Shown piece after piece: positions 51,881-60,969 of a DNA stretch of 64,000 nt. Origin of the DNA: a virus (lineage: Duplodnaviria > Caudoviricetes). The position numbers and the translations under genes were made by a program. The notes below the pieces were generated by a model. It was given only the letters and a program-made list of their open reading frames with translations. It was not told where the DNA came from and did not search any database. Location of the stretch: positions 16,781-80,780 of IMG/VR virus record IMGVR_UViG_3300033120_000231. The stretch is one strand, 5' to 3'. Within the stretch, counting starts at the first letter, position 1. Every line of letters starts with the position of its first letter.

Positions 51881-52288
51881 ATGAGTATTACTACAGCCCA
51901 AACAGCAGTACGAAGAAGACTTGCCGCTCTTACCCCTTCCTTACCTACAGCCTTTGAAGGTATCCCTTTCACAGCACCTATAGGGATGTACCAAAGATTG
52001 CAGTTTGTGATTAACCCTCCAACTGATCCTACTCTTGGTGCTTACTATCACAGAGAGAATATTCAAGTTCAGATATTCGTAGCTGATAAGTTAGATGTCG
52101 GAACTGCTGGAGCAATTGCTAGAGCACAAGTGCTTAGGGATTGGTTTTACAAGGGCCTGACTCTAACAGAAAGTGGAGTTCGTATGCATGTACTAAGCAC
52201 TCCTCAAATTGCTGGTGCAGCAGTTACTAATGACAGGATTATTGTTCCTGTACTTATTCCACTTACTGTGGAAATTTATCAGGCTTAA
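51881..52288 (+). CDS. tail terminator protein
   Basis: Position before the tail tube; G..QVQIF..GT motif. Confidence 0.75.
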   Translation: MSITTAQTAVRRRLAALTPSLPTAFEGIPFTAPIGMYQRLQFVINPPTDPTLGAYYHRENIQVQIFVADKLDVGTAGAIARAQVLRDWFYKGLTLTESGVRMHVLSTPQIAGAAVTNDRIIVPVLIPLTVEIYQA

Positions 52289-52344
52289 TAAATACGCCCT
52301 CAGCGTAAAGTTTAATTTGCAAATTAAAATAAGGAAAATAAAAA

Positions 52345-53559
52345 ATGACTCTAGCCAAAGGTGTAGATAAAAAAATCGCTTATAAGAAGGAACCTTCTTG
52401 GGGTACAATTGCTTCAGATTCAGGAGCTAAACAATTACGTCGTGTTACAAGTCAGTTTAACCAGACGGCTGAAAATTATCAGAGCGCAGAAATTCGCCAG
52501 GACTACCAAATTGCTGACTACCGTCTAGGTAACCTTTCCACTGAAGGTTCATTGAATGGGGAACTCTCTCCGGGGACTTATTCAGATTTCTTCGCTGCTG
52601 CTCTTGCGAAGGATTTTGCTGCGGGTGGGACTACTACTGGTGCATCCTTGACAATTGCTGTGTCAGGTTCTTTCTATACTATTACCCGTGCTGCAGGATC
52701 ATGGTTGACAGATGGGTTTTATGTAGGTAATGTCATTCGCTTGTCTGGTGCAGGTTTTGCTCCCGCAAATGTAGCAAAGAATATTCAAATTCTAGTTGTC
52801 ACAGCACTCGTGTTGACAGTTAAAACTTTTGATGCTAATACGCTTACAGCAGAAGGCCCAATTGCTAGTGCTGGTGCTGCCATTGTTGGTAAGCAGAGTT
52901 TTGCTCCGTTGACTGGGCATACTTCTGATTCCTTTACGGTAGAAGAGTTCTATGGTGGGGGTGTTAATGTAAGTGAAGTGCATGCTGGGAATAAGGTTGG
53001 CTCTGTTGCAGTCCAACTCCCTGCCTCGGGTTTCTGTACTGTAGATTTTTCTTTCATGGGTAAAGGTATGATGCAAACTGGGTCTACCCAGCATTTTGCA
53101 ACGGCCACTAGCGCATCCACTACTGGTCTAACGATTGGAGTTTCTGGAAACGTCTTAGTAAACGGTACACCTACAGGTATTATTACTAATGCAAGCTTGT
53201 CACTAGATCGAGGACTTGAGAGCGCCAAGGTAGTTGGTTCAAAGTATGCTGCCGATATTTTTGATGGACGAATTAATGTAACTGGGAATTTTTCTACTTA
53301 CTTTGAAGACGTAGTTTATCGAGACTACTTTATTAATGAAACTAAAATCAGTCTTGTTTTTGCCCTTACAACTGGCTCTGAGGCAAATTCAGATGTAATT
53401 AGTTTTGTGTTGCCATCCATAAAACTAGGCAGTGCAACTCGCAATGATGGTGAAACTGGTATTGTGCAAGAGCATTCTTTCCAAGCTATCTTGAATACAG
53501 TTACAACTGGTGGATTACCTGCAACAACTTTGTTATTACAAGATACTTCAGTTGCATAA
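52345..53559 (+). CDS. major tail (tube) protein
   Basis: AYKKE.SWG...LRRVTS...SAEIR..Q..D.R.G. Confidence 0.85.
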   Translation: MTLAKGVDKKIAYKKEPSWGTIASDSGAKQLRRVTSQFNQTAENYQSAEIRQDYQIADYRLGNLSTEGSLNGELSPGTYSDFFAAALAKDFAAGGTTTGASLTIAVSGSFYTITRAAGSWLTDGFYVGNVIRLSGAGFAPANVAKNIQILVVTALVLTVKTFDANTLTAEGPIASAGAAIVGKQSFAPLTGHTSDSFTVEEFYGGGVNVSEVHAGNKVGSVAVQLPASGFCTVDFSFMGKGMMQTGSTQHFATATSASTTGLTIGVSGNVLVNGTPTGIITNASLSLDRGLESAKVVGSKYAADIFDGRINVTGNFSTYFEDVVYRDYFINETKISLVFALTTGSEANSDVISFVLPSIKLGSATRNDGETGIVQEHSFQAILNTVTTGGLPATTLLLQDTSVA

Positions 53560-53580
53560 AATTTAAAATTGTGTTATAAT
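53552..53580 (+). promoter_or_regulatory. sigma70 promoter overlapping a terminator stem
   Basis: TTGCAT-17-TATAAT with TG. Confidence 0.7.
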
Positions 53581-53620
53581 CCTCCTTCAGCTTAATTGCT
53601 TTAGGAGGATTTTTCGTTTG
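53578..53620 (+). terminator. terminator after the major tail gene
   Basis: AATCCTCCT...AGGAGGATT + TTTCGTTT. Confidence 0.7.
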
Positions 53621-53637
53621 TGAAAGGAGTCTAAATC

Positions 53638-54759
53638 TTGGATTATTATGTTTATGTACACAAAAAGAAGACAACTGGTGAGGTATTTTATGTCGGTAAG
53701 GGGAGTGGTACGAGGGCATGGAGCGGATTTGGGAGAAACATACTATGGAAGCGTACTGCGGATAAGTATGGTTGGTACGTTGAGATTGTAGAAAATAACT
53801 TACAAGATTGGTATGCTTTTGAATTAGAAAAAGATTTAATTGCATTGTACGGGAGGCGTGACCTCAATGAGGGTACTCTCACCAATCTCTCAGACGGAGG
53901 AGATGGCCCCAGCCGCTTGAACTCTGAAACAAGAAGAAAAATCTCTGAGGCTCAGTCTGGGCTTAAACACTATAAGGCTGACAGAATTATTTATTCATTT
54001 TATAATTTTCTATCAAAAGACAAGTTTTCAGGAAATAGGATGGCTTTTGAGAAAAAGTATAATCTCAGGATTAATGGTTTATTCTCAAGCAGGAGAATGG
54101 GGGTTTCCTCTCACTTTGGCTGGGTTATTTTAGATCATCTACCAGAGGATGTTGATTTAGACAGCTTAGAAAATAAAACAATAGAGGGTATGAATAATCC
54201 AAATGCTGATACAAACGAGTATACCTTTCTTCACCTCCCAACTGGAGATACTTTCAAGGGAACACGGGTTGCTGCGAAGAAGGCTCTTGAAATAAATACA
54301 AACGCTTTATTCTTTTCGGACACTACCTCTAAGGGATGGGTAGTTTTGGAGGGTAAAACAGAAGAAGATTTACTCAGACTTTCAGACCCATATAAAGCTG
54401 GTACTGAAAAACGCAGGGACAAAACTGTATATAGTTTCTCGCATAAGAGCGGTTGTAAATTCCTAGGAACAAGAGAAGAATTCTGTGAATTAAATGGGTT
54501 TAACCCCTATCACTTGCTATCAAATGGTACCTCTAAAACTCAAAAAGGTTGGTACTTGTCCGAAAACGAGGGTACTGTAAAACAGTCTAAACGCTCTAAG
54601 ATAGTCTACAATTGGTATCATTCTGACCACGGGAATTTTATTGGAACCAGAGAACAACTAGAAGGTCTTTATGATCTAGATACCCGACCACTTTTTATAA
54701 CGAACACCTCAAGAAACTCAGTAAAAGGCTGGTCACTATCTCCACAACAACTTGAATAA
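53638..54759 (+). CDS. GIY-YIG-like homing endonuclease with four tandem C-terminal modules
   Basis: YYVYVH..VFYVGKG..R..LEKDLI..YGR; TTG start behind AAGGAG. Confidence 0.85.
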   Translation: MDYYVYVHKKKTTGEVFYVGKGSGTRAWSGFGRNILWKRTADKYGWYVEIVENNLQDWYAFELEKDLIALYGRRDLNEGTLTNLSDGGDGPSRLNSETRRKISEAQSGLKHYKADRIIYSFYNFLSKDKFSGNRMAFEKKYNLRINGLFSSRRMGVSSHFGWVILDHLPEDVDLDSLENKTIEGMNNPNADTNEYTFLHLPTGDTFKGTRVAAKKALEINTNALFFSDTTSKGWVVLEGKTEEDLLRLSDPYKAGTEKRRDKTVYSFSHKSGCKFLGTREEFCELNGFNPYHLLSNGTSKTQKGWYLSENEGTVKQSKRSKIVYNWYHSDHGNFIGTREQLEGLYDLDTRPLFITNTSRNSVKGWSLSPQQLE

Positions 54760-54764
54760 TTCTC

Positions 54765-54793
54765 TTGATTAATCTCTTTCCGTGTGTTATAAT
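54765..54793 (+). promoter_or_regulatory. sigma70 promoter for the tail chaperone
   Basis: TTGATT-17-TATAAT with TG. Confidence 0.75.
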
Positions 54794-54885
54794 AGTATCT
54801 TGACTAGCAATAAAATCTAGTCACTTAAGCCCTTCGCTTTTTAGTCAAGGGTTTTTGTTCGTTTATAACAAAGAAAGGAAAATAC

Positions 54886-55293
54886 ATGGACATTTCTAAA
54901 TATAACTTGGCAAAAGCTGCTGAAAATGGTTTTGAATTTGAAATTACTCACCCTGATACTGGTGAAGGTCTTGACGGTTTCATCACAGTCCGTGGTGAGC
55001 GCAGCAAGCAAGTGGTTGCTTACCAACGTAAACAAATCAACCAGCAATTCAAGGAAGAGGCTGTTGCTGCTAGTAAAGGTAATAAAAATACGAAGGTTAA
55101 GCTTGTAGAAGATTACCTAGAAAACGCAAACGAAGCCGCTGCAGTGCGTATTATCTCTTGGCGTAAAATCCAAAAGGATGGTGTAGATATTCCATTTAGC
55201 ATTGAAGCAGCTATTGCACTCTTCGATGAATATGATTGGATTCGTGCTCAAGTTTTGGAGGTCAGTAACGCCTCCAGCAATTTTTGTTCTTGA
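54886..55293 (+). CDS. tail assembly chaperone (gpG-like)
   Basis: Position between the tube and tape-measure genes; WIRAQVLE..NF end. Confidence 0.8.
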   Translation: MDISKYNLAKAAENGFEFEITHPDTGEGLDGFITVRGERSKQVVAYQRKQINQQFKEEAVAASKGNKNTKVKLVEDYLENANEAAAVRIISWRKIQKDGVDIPFSIEAAIALFDEYDWIRAQVLEVSNASSNFCS

Positions 55294-55663
55294 AGCACTA
55301 TCACAGGCCTTAGTTTATGCAAAGCAAGAGTTTGAACTCTCAGAGATTCAATCTGATGGTAAAACGTTAAAAGATGCTCTTCTAAATGTACAACGTCAGA
55401 TTGGCAGAGTTCCTAAAGAATTAGAGAACTTAGTTGAACTACCTAAGTGCATGGAGGAATATTGGCAATGGTTTCTCAAACTCTCTAACCGTGGACCTTC
55501 AGGATGGGGGGTATCTGCAATTCCTTATTCTGAGATACGGGCGTTCTTTGAATTGATTGGTGTTGTTCCTGAGCCTTATGAAGTAGAGATTATTGAAGCA
55601 TTTGATAGAGTGGCTATAAATCATTATTCAAAGCAACAAGAAAAAGAACAGAATAAAAAATAA
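55283..55663 (+). CDS. tail assembly chaperone, frameshifted extension (gpT-like)
   Basis: No RBS or start near its 5' end; overlaps the upstream ORF in the +1 frame; P...YWQWF..LS..R..G...IPYSEI. Confidence 0.7.
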   Translation, partial: FVLEALSQALVYAKQEFELSEIQSDGKTLKDALLNVQRQIGRVPKELENLVELPKCMEEYWQWFLKLSNRGPSGWGVSAIPYSEIRAFFELIGVVPEPYEVEIIEAFDRVAINHYSKQQEKEQNKK

Positions 55664-55711
55664 GGATTGAAACACTAGGGATAGAGGCGCGAGTCTGCCC
55701 TAGTGTTAAGT

Positions 55712-55731
55712 GCCCCTTACGGGGCTTTCTT
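55712..55731 (+). terminator. rho-independent terminator
   Basis: GCCCC-TTAC-GGGGC + TTTCTT; preceded by a 10-bp hairpin at 55671-55707. Confidence 0.75.
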
Positions 55732-55839
55732 AATATGTTGTTTATAAATAGACTATATATTAAGATTAATTATGACTATATCAGATAGCTTCTTTGCTGT
55801 CAACATATAAAAACAACAAGATGGTAAAGAAAGAAAATT

Positions 55840-58800
55840 ATGGATTTAAGTCAGCTCAAATTTGCCGTTGATACTACTGAACTTGAAAAGGCAAGTACAA
55901 CCCTTGGCACACTTGTTCAAAATCTTGGTAAACTAGATAAAGCCTCTAGGGATGCTGCACGTACTGAAGCTACGCTTGCTAAAGCTGCTAAGGATAACGC
56001 AAGTGCAAATCTTGATAATGCTAAAGCACAGGCGGTAAATGCAAAGGCGGTAGAGAGCACTGAGAAAGCTCAGAAGAGTGCAGCGGCATCAATTGAGAAA
56101 AGTAATAGCATTCTGCAACGTCAGAATGACATCTACGACTTTCAAACTCAAGGCTTCTCTAAAGGTCAATCTGGTATTCTAGCTTCAGCTAAAGCGACAG
56201 GACAACTCTCTGAGGAACTAAAGAAAGTTCTTATTGACCAAAAGGCGTTTGAGAGCAACCCATTTGACAAGTCGGAACTAGGTTTGCAACGCCTTCAGAA
56301 GACAATGAAAGAAGTTGTTGCAGCCCAAGGTTTCTTTAATGAAGGAAGTAGTTTAACCACAAAACAAGCTCGTGAACTAAGTAATGACTTGGATCGTATT
56401 GGTGTATCCTTGACAAAGCAAGGTAAGTCCTATCAAGAGGTTACTAAAGCACAAGCTTTACATAAACAAGAATTTATCCAAGAAGCTGCTGCTGTTAACC
56501 GTGCACAGAATGCATTAGATATTGTTACTAAGCAACGTAAAGAAGTTGTTACAGCTACTAACTACTTGACTCAAGCTGATCAAAAACTTGCTGCTGCTTT
56601 AAACACTACTAATACTTCTTTGGATAGAGCAGGTACAGACTCGCTTGTAAAGTACGAATCTGCATTAAGAAAATCTGGGCTATCTCAAGATGTAGTTACC
56701 AGTAAGCTGGCAACATATAAAACTCAACTTGCTCAAGTTCAAGCCCAAGAGATGAAGCGGAGTGAGCAACACCTCGCTAGAGCTGCTGCCCCGCAGCTCA
56801 CCGACATTGGTGTGTCGCTCTATTCTGGGCAAGCTCCAATGACTGTTCTTTTACAGCAATCTGGGCAGCTAGTAGATTTACTGAATCTCTCAGGTGTAGA
56901 AGCCTCAAAGTTTGGTGACATCCTACGAACATCATTCTACTCTATGGTTCCTGCAATCAAGCAGGTTGCCATTGGTATTGCAGGCTTGGTAGGTGGTTTG
57001 TTCATGGATGCTGGCAGAGCTACCGCTAGTTTTATTGGAAACATCACAGGTATCTCCGCAGTAATGGATGTTGCTAAACGAGCAATTGTATCTGGTGGTG
57101 AAGAGAACTTCAAATATATTGCATCTTTAGAAAAGATAAGTAAATCTGCATCTATGGTTGCAGCCACCGGCATTGCTGCTCTTATTGTTGCAGTAATTAC
57201 ATTAGGTCTTGAGTACAAAAAGATCATTCAATCTGAGGGTGATCTATCAAAAGCTCTTGCTACCTCTGGTGGTGCTATTGGTTTCTCAAAAGATCAAGCA
57301 GTTGCTTATGCTGAAGGAATGAAGTCTATCGGGGTTGGTACTTTGCAAGCTATGGGCGCTATCACTGAATTTACCAAAGTAGGGAAAATTGGTAAAGACG
57401 GATTGGATATGATTATAAAATCTGCAATAGATTTAGAAAAGAATGCTGGTATTCCTATTAGTGAAACTGCAAAGAAGTTTGCGGAGCTACAGGATGCCCC
57501 TACCAAAGCTTTGACTAATTTTGCAGAGACTAATGGTTATGTATCTAAGAGTGTTTTAGATACTGTTGCATCTCTTGAACAACAAGGGGATAAGACTGCT
57601 GCAGCTACTGCCGCAACTGAAGCTATGAGATTAGCTAATGTTGCAATGTCTGATGAAATTAAGTCAAACCTATCCCCTATTGAAGAACTTTGGAATAGTA
57701 TTAAAACTGCCATAGGGCGCGTAAAACAAGAAATCTATGACCTTACAACATCCAATGCCGCTATCTCGGTAATGAAGACAGTATGGGAAACAGTCGCTGT
57801 TGTCGTTTCTGAGGTTTGGTTTACTCTCAAAGGCGTAGGTAAAGAGATTGGTGGTGTCGCTGCTCAGATAGCATCTGTGATGCGTGGTGATTTTGCTGGA
57901 GCCAAAACAATTGGTGAGCAAATGAAAATTGATGCAGCATCGGCAAGAGCAGAGCAAGATAAACTTATTGAGAGTATTCTGAATAGAGGAAATCAAGAAA
58001 AGAAAAACTTCTCTGACTCAAAAGCACAAAACTCTCAATATGCTAAGTGGCGTAAAGAAAATGAACAATCTCTTGACAAGTCAATCAGTAAAGAAGACAA
58101 ATACAAAGCCAAGCAGATTGAAACGCAAAAGGCCGTTCTTGCTGGTACTATAAGCCAGGTTGAAGCTGATAAGGCTCTTGCTGGTTGGAAGAGTATCATT
58201 ATGGGTGACAAAAAAGGCCCATCCAAATTAGACCCTGGTGAGATTGCAAAGCATCAACTAGACGCAGATATATCCAACATCAGAAAGACATCAGAAGCGC
58301 AGGTAAAAGCATATTCTGATGGTGAGTCTATTCTAGAAGCATTACGTAGTGCTGGTCTAGTCGATGAATCTGATTATTATACATCAAAGAAGATATTTCT
58401 TGAACTATCTAACCAAGCTGGTGAAGATGCTCTACAAAAAGAAATAGACCGACTTAAGCAAGAAAAACTTATCGGCACAGACAAGATCGACAATGATAAG
58501 AAGATTGCAGAAGCAAAAGCTAAACTTGGTCTTGCACAAGAGAAGTCTACACATAGTATGCTTCTATTATCTCTTCAAGAGGAGGCTGCTGGTAGGAAAC
58601 TAGCGCAATACTATAGAGATGCTGAAGATGCTGCTCAATCATATCTTGACACTCTACGTAGGTCACAAAGTCGTGAATTAGCTGGTGCGGGCGTAGGAAC
58701 CTCCGAACGTAGCCGTCAATCAGGCAGAAACCAAATTGAAGATAAATACTCACAACAATTCCGTGACCTAGAAAAGTCTCGCAGAGATGCAGAAGCTAAC

Positions 58801-59607
58801 GGTATATTTGGTTCTGACGCAGAAGCTAAATATAACAACGAGTTAGAACGTATTAAGCGGTTCAAAGCAACATCTTTATCTGAGTATGATGCTTACTACG
58901 CAGAACGTCTAAAACAAGAAGCTGACTGGTCTAAGGGTGCGTCTGAATCTATTGCTAACTACTTATCTGAAATTGAAAACGTAGCCAAAGCATCTGAGAA
59001 CATGTTCACCAATGCGTTTAAGAACATGGAAGATGCATTGGTTAATTTTGTCAAGACTGGTAAATTAGATTTTGCAAGTCTTGCTGATAGCATCATCAAC
59101 GACATGATCCGTATTGCTATTCAACAGACTATCACTAAACCGCTTGCACAGATGGGCGGGGACATACTTACTCTGATGTTTAAAGGATTTGCCAATGGCG
59201 GCTCCTTTGATAATGGAGTCAAAGCCTTTGCTAATGGTGACACATTTACAAATAGCATCGTCAGCAGTCCAACACTGTTTAAATTTGCTGGTGGTACTGG
59301 GGTGATGGGGGAAGCAGGGCCAGAGGCTATTATGCCACTATCTCGTGGAGCCAATGGAAAACTTGGTGTTCAACTCTCAGGGTATGAAAACTCAAAGAAT
59401 TCTAGTGGTGCAATAACGATTGTTAACAACACCAGTGCAAAGATTGGGAAAGTTACTGAACAACGCATGAGTGACGGTGAACGTGTTTTGATTATTGAAG
59501 AGGCTACCCAAGCTGCTGAAGCACGAATTAATGCTGCAATGCAAGACCCAAATAGTAAAACATCAAGGTCAATGTCTCGTAATTTCTCTTTACAAAGGAG
59601 TAGATAA
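55840..59607 (+). CDS. tape measure protein
   Basis: 1255 aa, Ala/Lys/Glu-rich; lambda-type W..GA...Y..; GVMGEAGPEAIMPL. Confidence 0.9.
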   Translation: MDLSQLKFAVDTTELEKASTTLGTLVQNLGKLDKASRDAARTEATLAKAAKDNASANLDNAKAQAVNAKAVESTEKAQKSAAASIEKSNSILQRQNDIYDFQTQGFSKGQSGILASAKATGQLSEELKKVLIDQKAFESNPFDKSELGLQRLQKTMKEVVAAQGFFNEGSSLTTKQARELSNDLDRIGVSLTKQGKSYQEVTKAQALHKQEFIQEAAAVNRAQNALDIVTKQRKEVVTATNYLTQADQKLAAALNTTNTSLDRAGTDSLVKYESALRKSGLSQDVVTSKLATYKTQLAQVQAQEMKRSEQHLARAAAPQLTDIGVSLYSGQAPMTVLLQQSGQLVDLLNLSGVEASKFGDILRTSFYSMVPAIKQVAIGIAGLVGGLFMDAGRATASFIGNITGISAVMDVAKRAIVSGGEENFKYIASLEKISKSASMVAATGIAALIVAVITLGLEYKKIIQSEGDLSKALATSGGAIGFSKDQAVAYAEGMKSIGVGTLQAMGAITEFTKVGKIGKDGLDMIIKSAIDLEKNAGIPISETAKKFAELQDAPTKALTNFAETNGYVSKSVLDTVASLEQQGDKTAAATAATEAMRLANVAMSDEIKSNLSPIEELWNSIKTAIGRVKQEIYDLTTSNAAISVMKTVWETVAVVVSEVWFTLKGVGKEIGGVAAQIASVMRGDFAGAKTIGEQMKIDAASARAEQDKLIESILNRGNQEKKNFSDSKAQNSQYAKWRKENEQSLDKSISKEDKYKAKQIETQKAVLAGTISQVEADKALAGWKSIIMGDKKGPSKLDPGEIAKHQLDADISNIRKTSEAQVKAYSDGESILEALRSAGLVDESDYYTSKKIFLELSNQAGEDALQKEIDRLKQEKLIGTDKIDNDKKIAEAKAKLGLAQEKSTHSMLLLSLQEEAAGRKLAQYYRDAEDAAQSYLDTLRRSQSRELAGAGVGTSERSRQSGRNQIEDKYSQQFRDLEKSRRDAEANGIFGSDAEAKYNNELERIKRFKATSLSEYDAYYAERLKQEADWSKGASESIANYLSEIENVAKASENMFTNAFKNMEDALVNFVKTGKLDFASLADSIINDMIRIAIQQTITKPLAQMGGDILTLMFKGFANGGSFDNGVKAFANGDTFTNSIVSSPTLFKFAGGTGVMGEAGPEAIMPLSRGANGKLGVQLSGYENSKNSSGAITIVNNTSAKIGKVTEQRMSDGERVLIIEEATQAAEARINAAMQDPNSKTSRSMSRNFSLQRSR

Positions 59608-60095
59608 TGCCTACTTTACCAAGTGGGTTAGCCCCTATTGTTTCCAGCTACAGTATTGATGAACCCGGTGGTGTAATGCGAACCGAAGTCGCTGGCGGTG
59701 CTGCTAGGTACGCCCTTGACTGGGATCGTGGCCCGCAGCAATTCCACGTTACATTTGCAATGAATGAGTTGCTGTTTTCGGTGTGGACTGCATTCTATCA
59801 CCATGTTATCAAAAAAGGATCAATTAGTTTTGAGATGCCTCTTGATAGTGGTTTTGGTTTGAGTACTCATACAGCAACTATCATACCCGGATCATATTCC
59901 GTCACTCGTGCTAATGTAAATACAAGTATCGTATCGTTTGTGGTAGAGGCAGAAAATCAGGTCTACACCATGACGACTGCTGAAGCACAAGCCCTGCTTG
60001 ATCTCTATAGTGAATACAGTGTAGACACTAATTCACTACTAGCCCGTATTACTCAATTTGCTAATGTGGACAGCTTAGTTCTGGATTATGCATGA
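59607..60095 (+). CDS. distal / minor tail protein
   Basis: After TMP; GS.SFEMPLDSG.G motif. Confidence 0.7.
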   Translation: MPTLPSGLAPIVSSYSIDEPGGVMRTEVAGGAARYALDWDRGPQQFHVTFAMNELLFSVWTAFYHHVIKKGSISFEMPLDSGFGLSTHTATIIPGSYSVTRANVNTSIVSFVVEAENQVYTMTTAEAQALLDLYSEYSVDTNSLLARITQFANVDSLVLDYA

Positions 60096-60586
60096 GTCTT
60101 GATATTGAAACTAGACTACGTACATTCCTAGCTAGTGCCCCACAGACTCAACACTCCATTGCTACACTACAAATTAGCCATAGTGCTATGAGCCAAGTGT
60201 GGCATTTGTGGAGAGAGCCTTATGTTGGGCTGGCTGGTGGAAATACTATGCAACCTTGCAATATTACCATAAAACTTGCAGGTAGCATAGGAAACTTAGA
60301 CCAGAAGTATGATATTAGTCTTGATACAGTAGATATCGAAGATGAATTTCGCAAAGAAATGGATAGCATACCAATTGATACTGCTGAAAAGATAATCATT
60401 GTCTATCGAGAGTTTTTAAGTGATGACCTAACCACAGCAGAAGCTACAGCTACTCTACAAGTTGAGTCAGTAAGCTTTATTAAAGGTGCAGCCAATATTA
60501 GTGCTGTATCTCCACGATTTAATGTTACACGTACAGGTGAACTTTATACTCCCCGTGATATTCCTATGTTAAGAGGTTTCTTATGA
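60092..60586 (+). CDS. minor tail protein (gpL / DUF1833-like)
   Basis: TLQISH...YREFLSDDL...TGELYT..P.L. Confidence 0.75.
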   Translation: MSLDIETRLRTFLASAPQTQHSIATLQISHSAMSQVWHLWREPYVGLAGGNTMQPCNITIKLAGSIGNLDQKYDISLDTVDIEDEFRKEMDSIPIDTAEKIIIVYREFLSDDLTTAEATATLQVESVSFIKGAANISAVSPRFNVTRTGELYTPRDIPMLRGFL

Positions 60587-60969
60587 TTAATATTAATAGT
60601 TACCTTGCTAAGACTTATGGCCCACTTCCGTGCTGGGAGTTGGTTGCAGATGTATATAATACAGAACTTTCATCTGTACCAGTGGACTACAAAACAATCA
60701 ATAGTTCAGTTCGTGAGGTAGCCTCTGCTTTTCGTCTTGCCATTCATAAGAGTGCTCATGGTTTTGTGCAGGTTATACAACCCGAGGATATGTGTATTGT
60801 TTTGATGGCTAAACGGGCTGATATTGGTATACACCACTGCGGAATCTACATCAATGGTTCAGTACTTCATGCACTAAATAGCATCACACGTTATGAACCT
60901 ATGAGCACCATTATGGATACATTTGAAGTGGTACAGTTTTGGGCACGACCTATAGAGGGACATGTATGA
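60583..60969 (+). CDS. tail tip NlpC/P60 protein (gpK-like)
   Basis: PCWELV...HHCGIY...VLH. Confidence 0.8.
   Translation: MININSYLAKTYGPLPCWELVADVYNTELSSVPVDYKTINSSVREVASAFRLAIHKSAHGFVQVIQPEDMCIVLMAKRADIGIHHCGIYINGSVLHALNSITRYEPMSTIMDTFEVVQFWARPIEGHV

Noticed and set aside
52295-52306. GCCCTCAGCGT matching part of the GC-rich repeat, with a partial match to E1
   Set aside because: Only 11 nt with no surrounding hairpin, so it is not counted as a third copy.
18122-55748. TATAAATA (T4 late-promoter consensus) near 18122 and 55.74 kb
   Set aside because: Expected by chance in AT-rich DNA; no gp55-like sigma is seen and late genes have sigma70 promoters.
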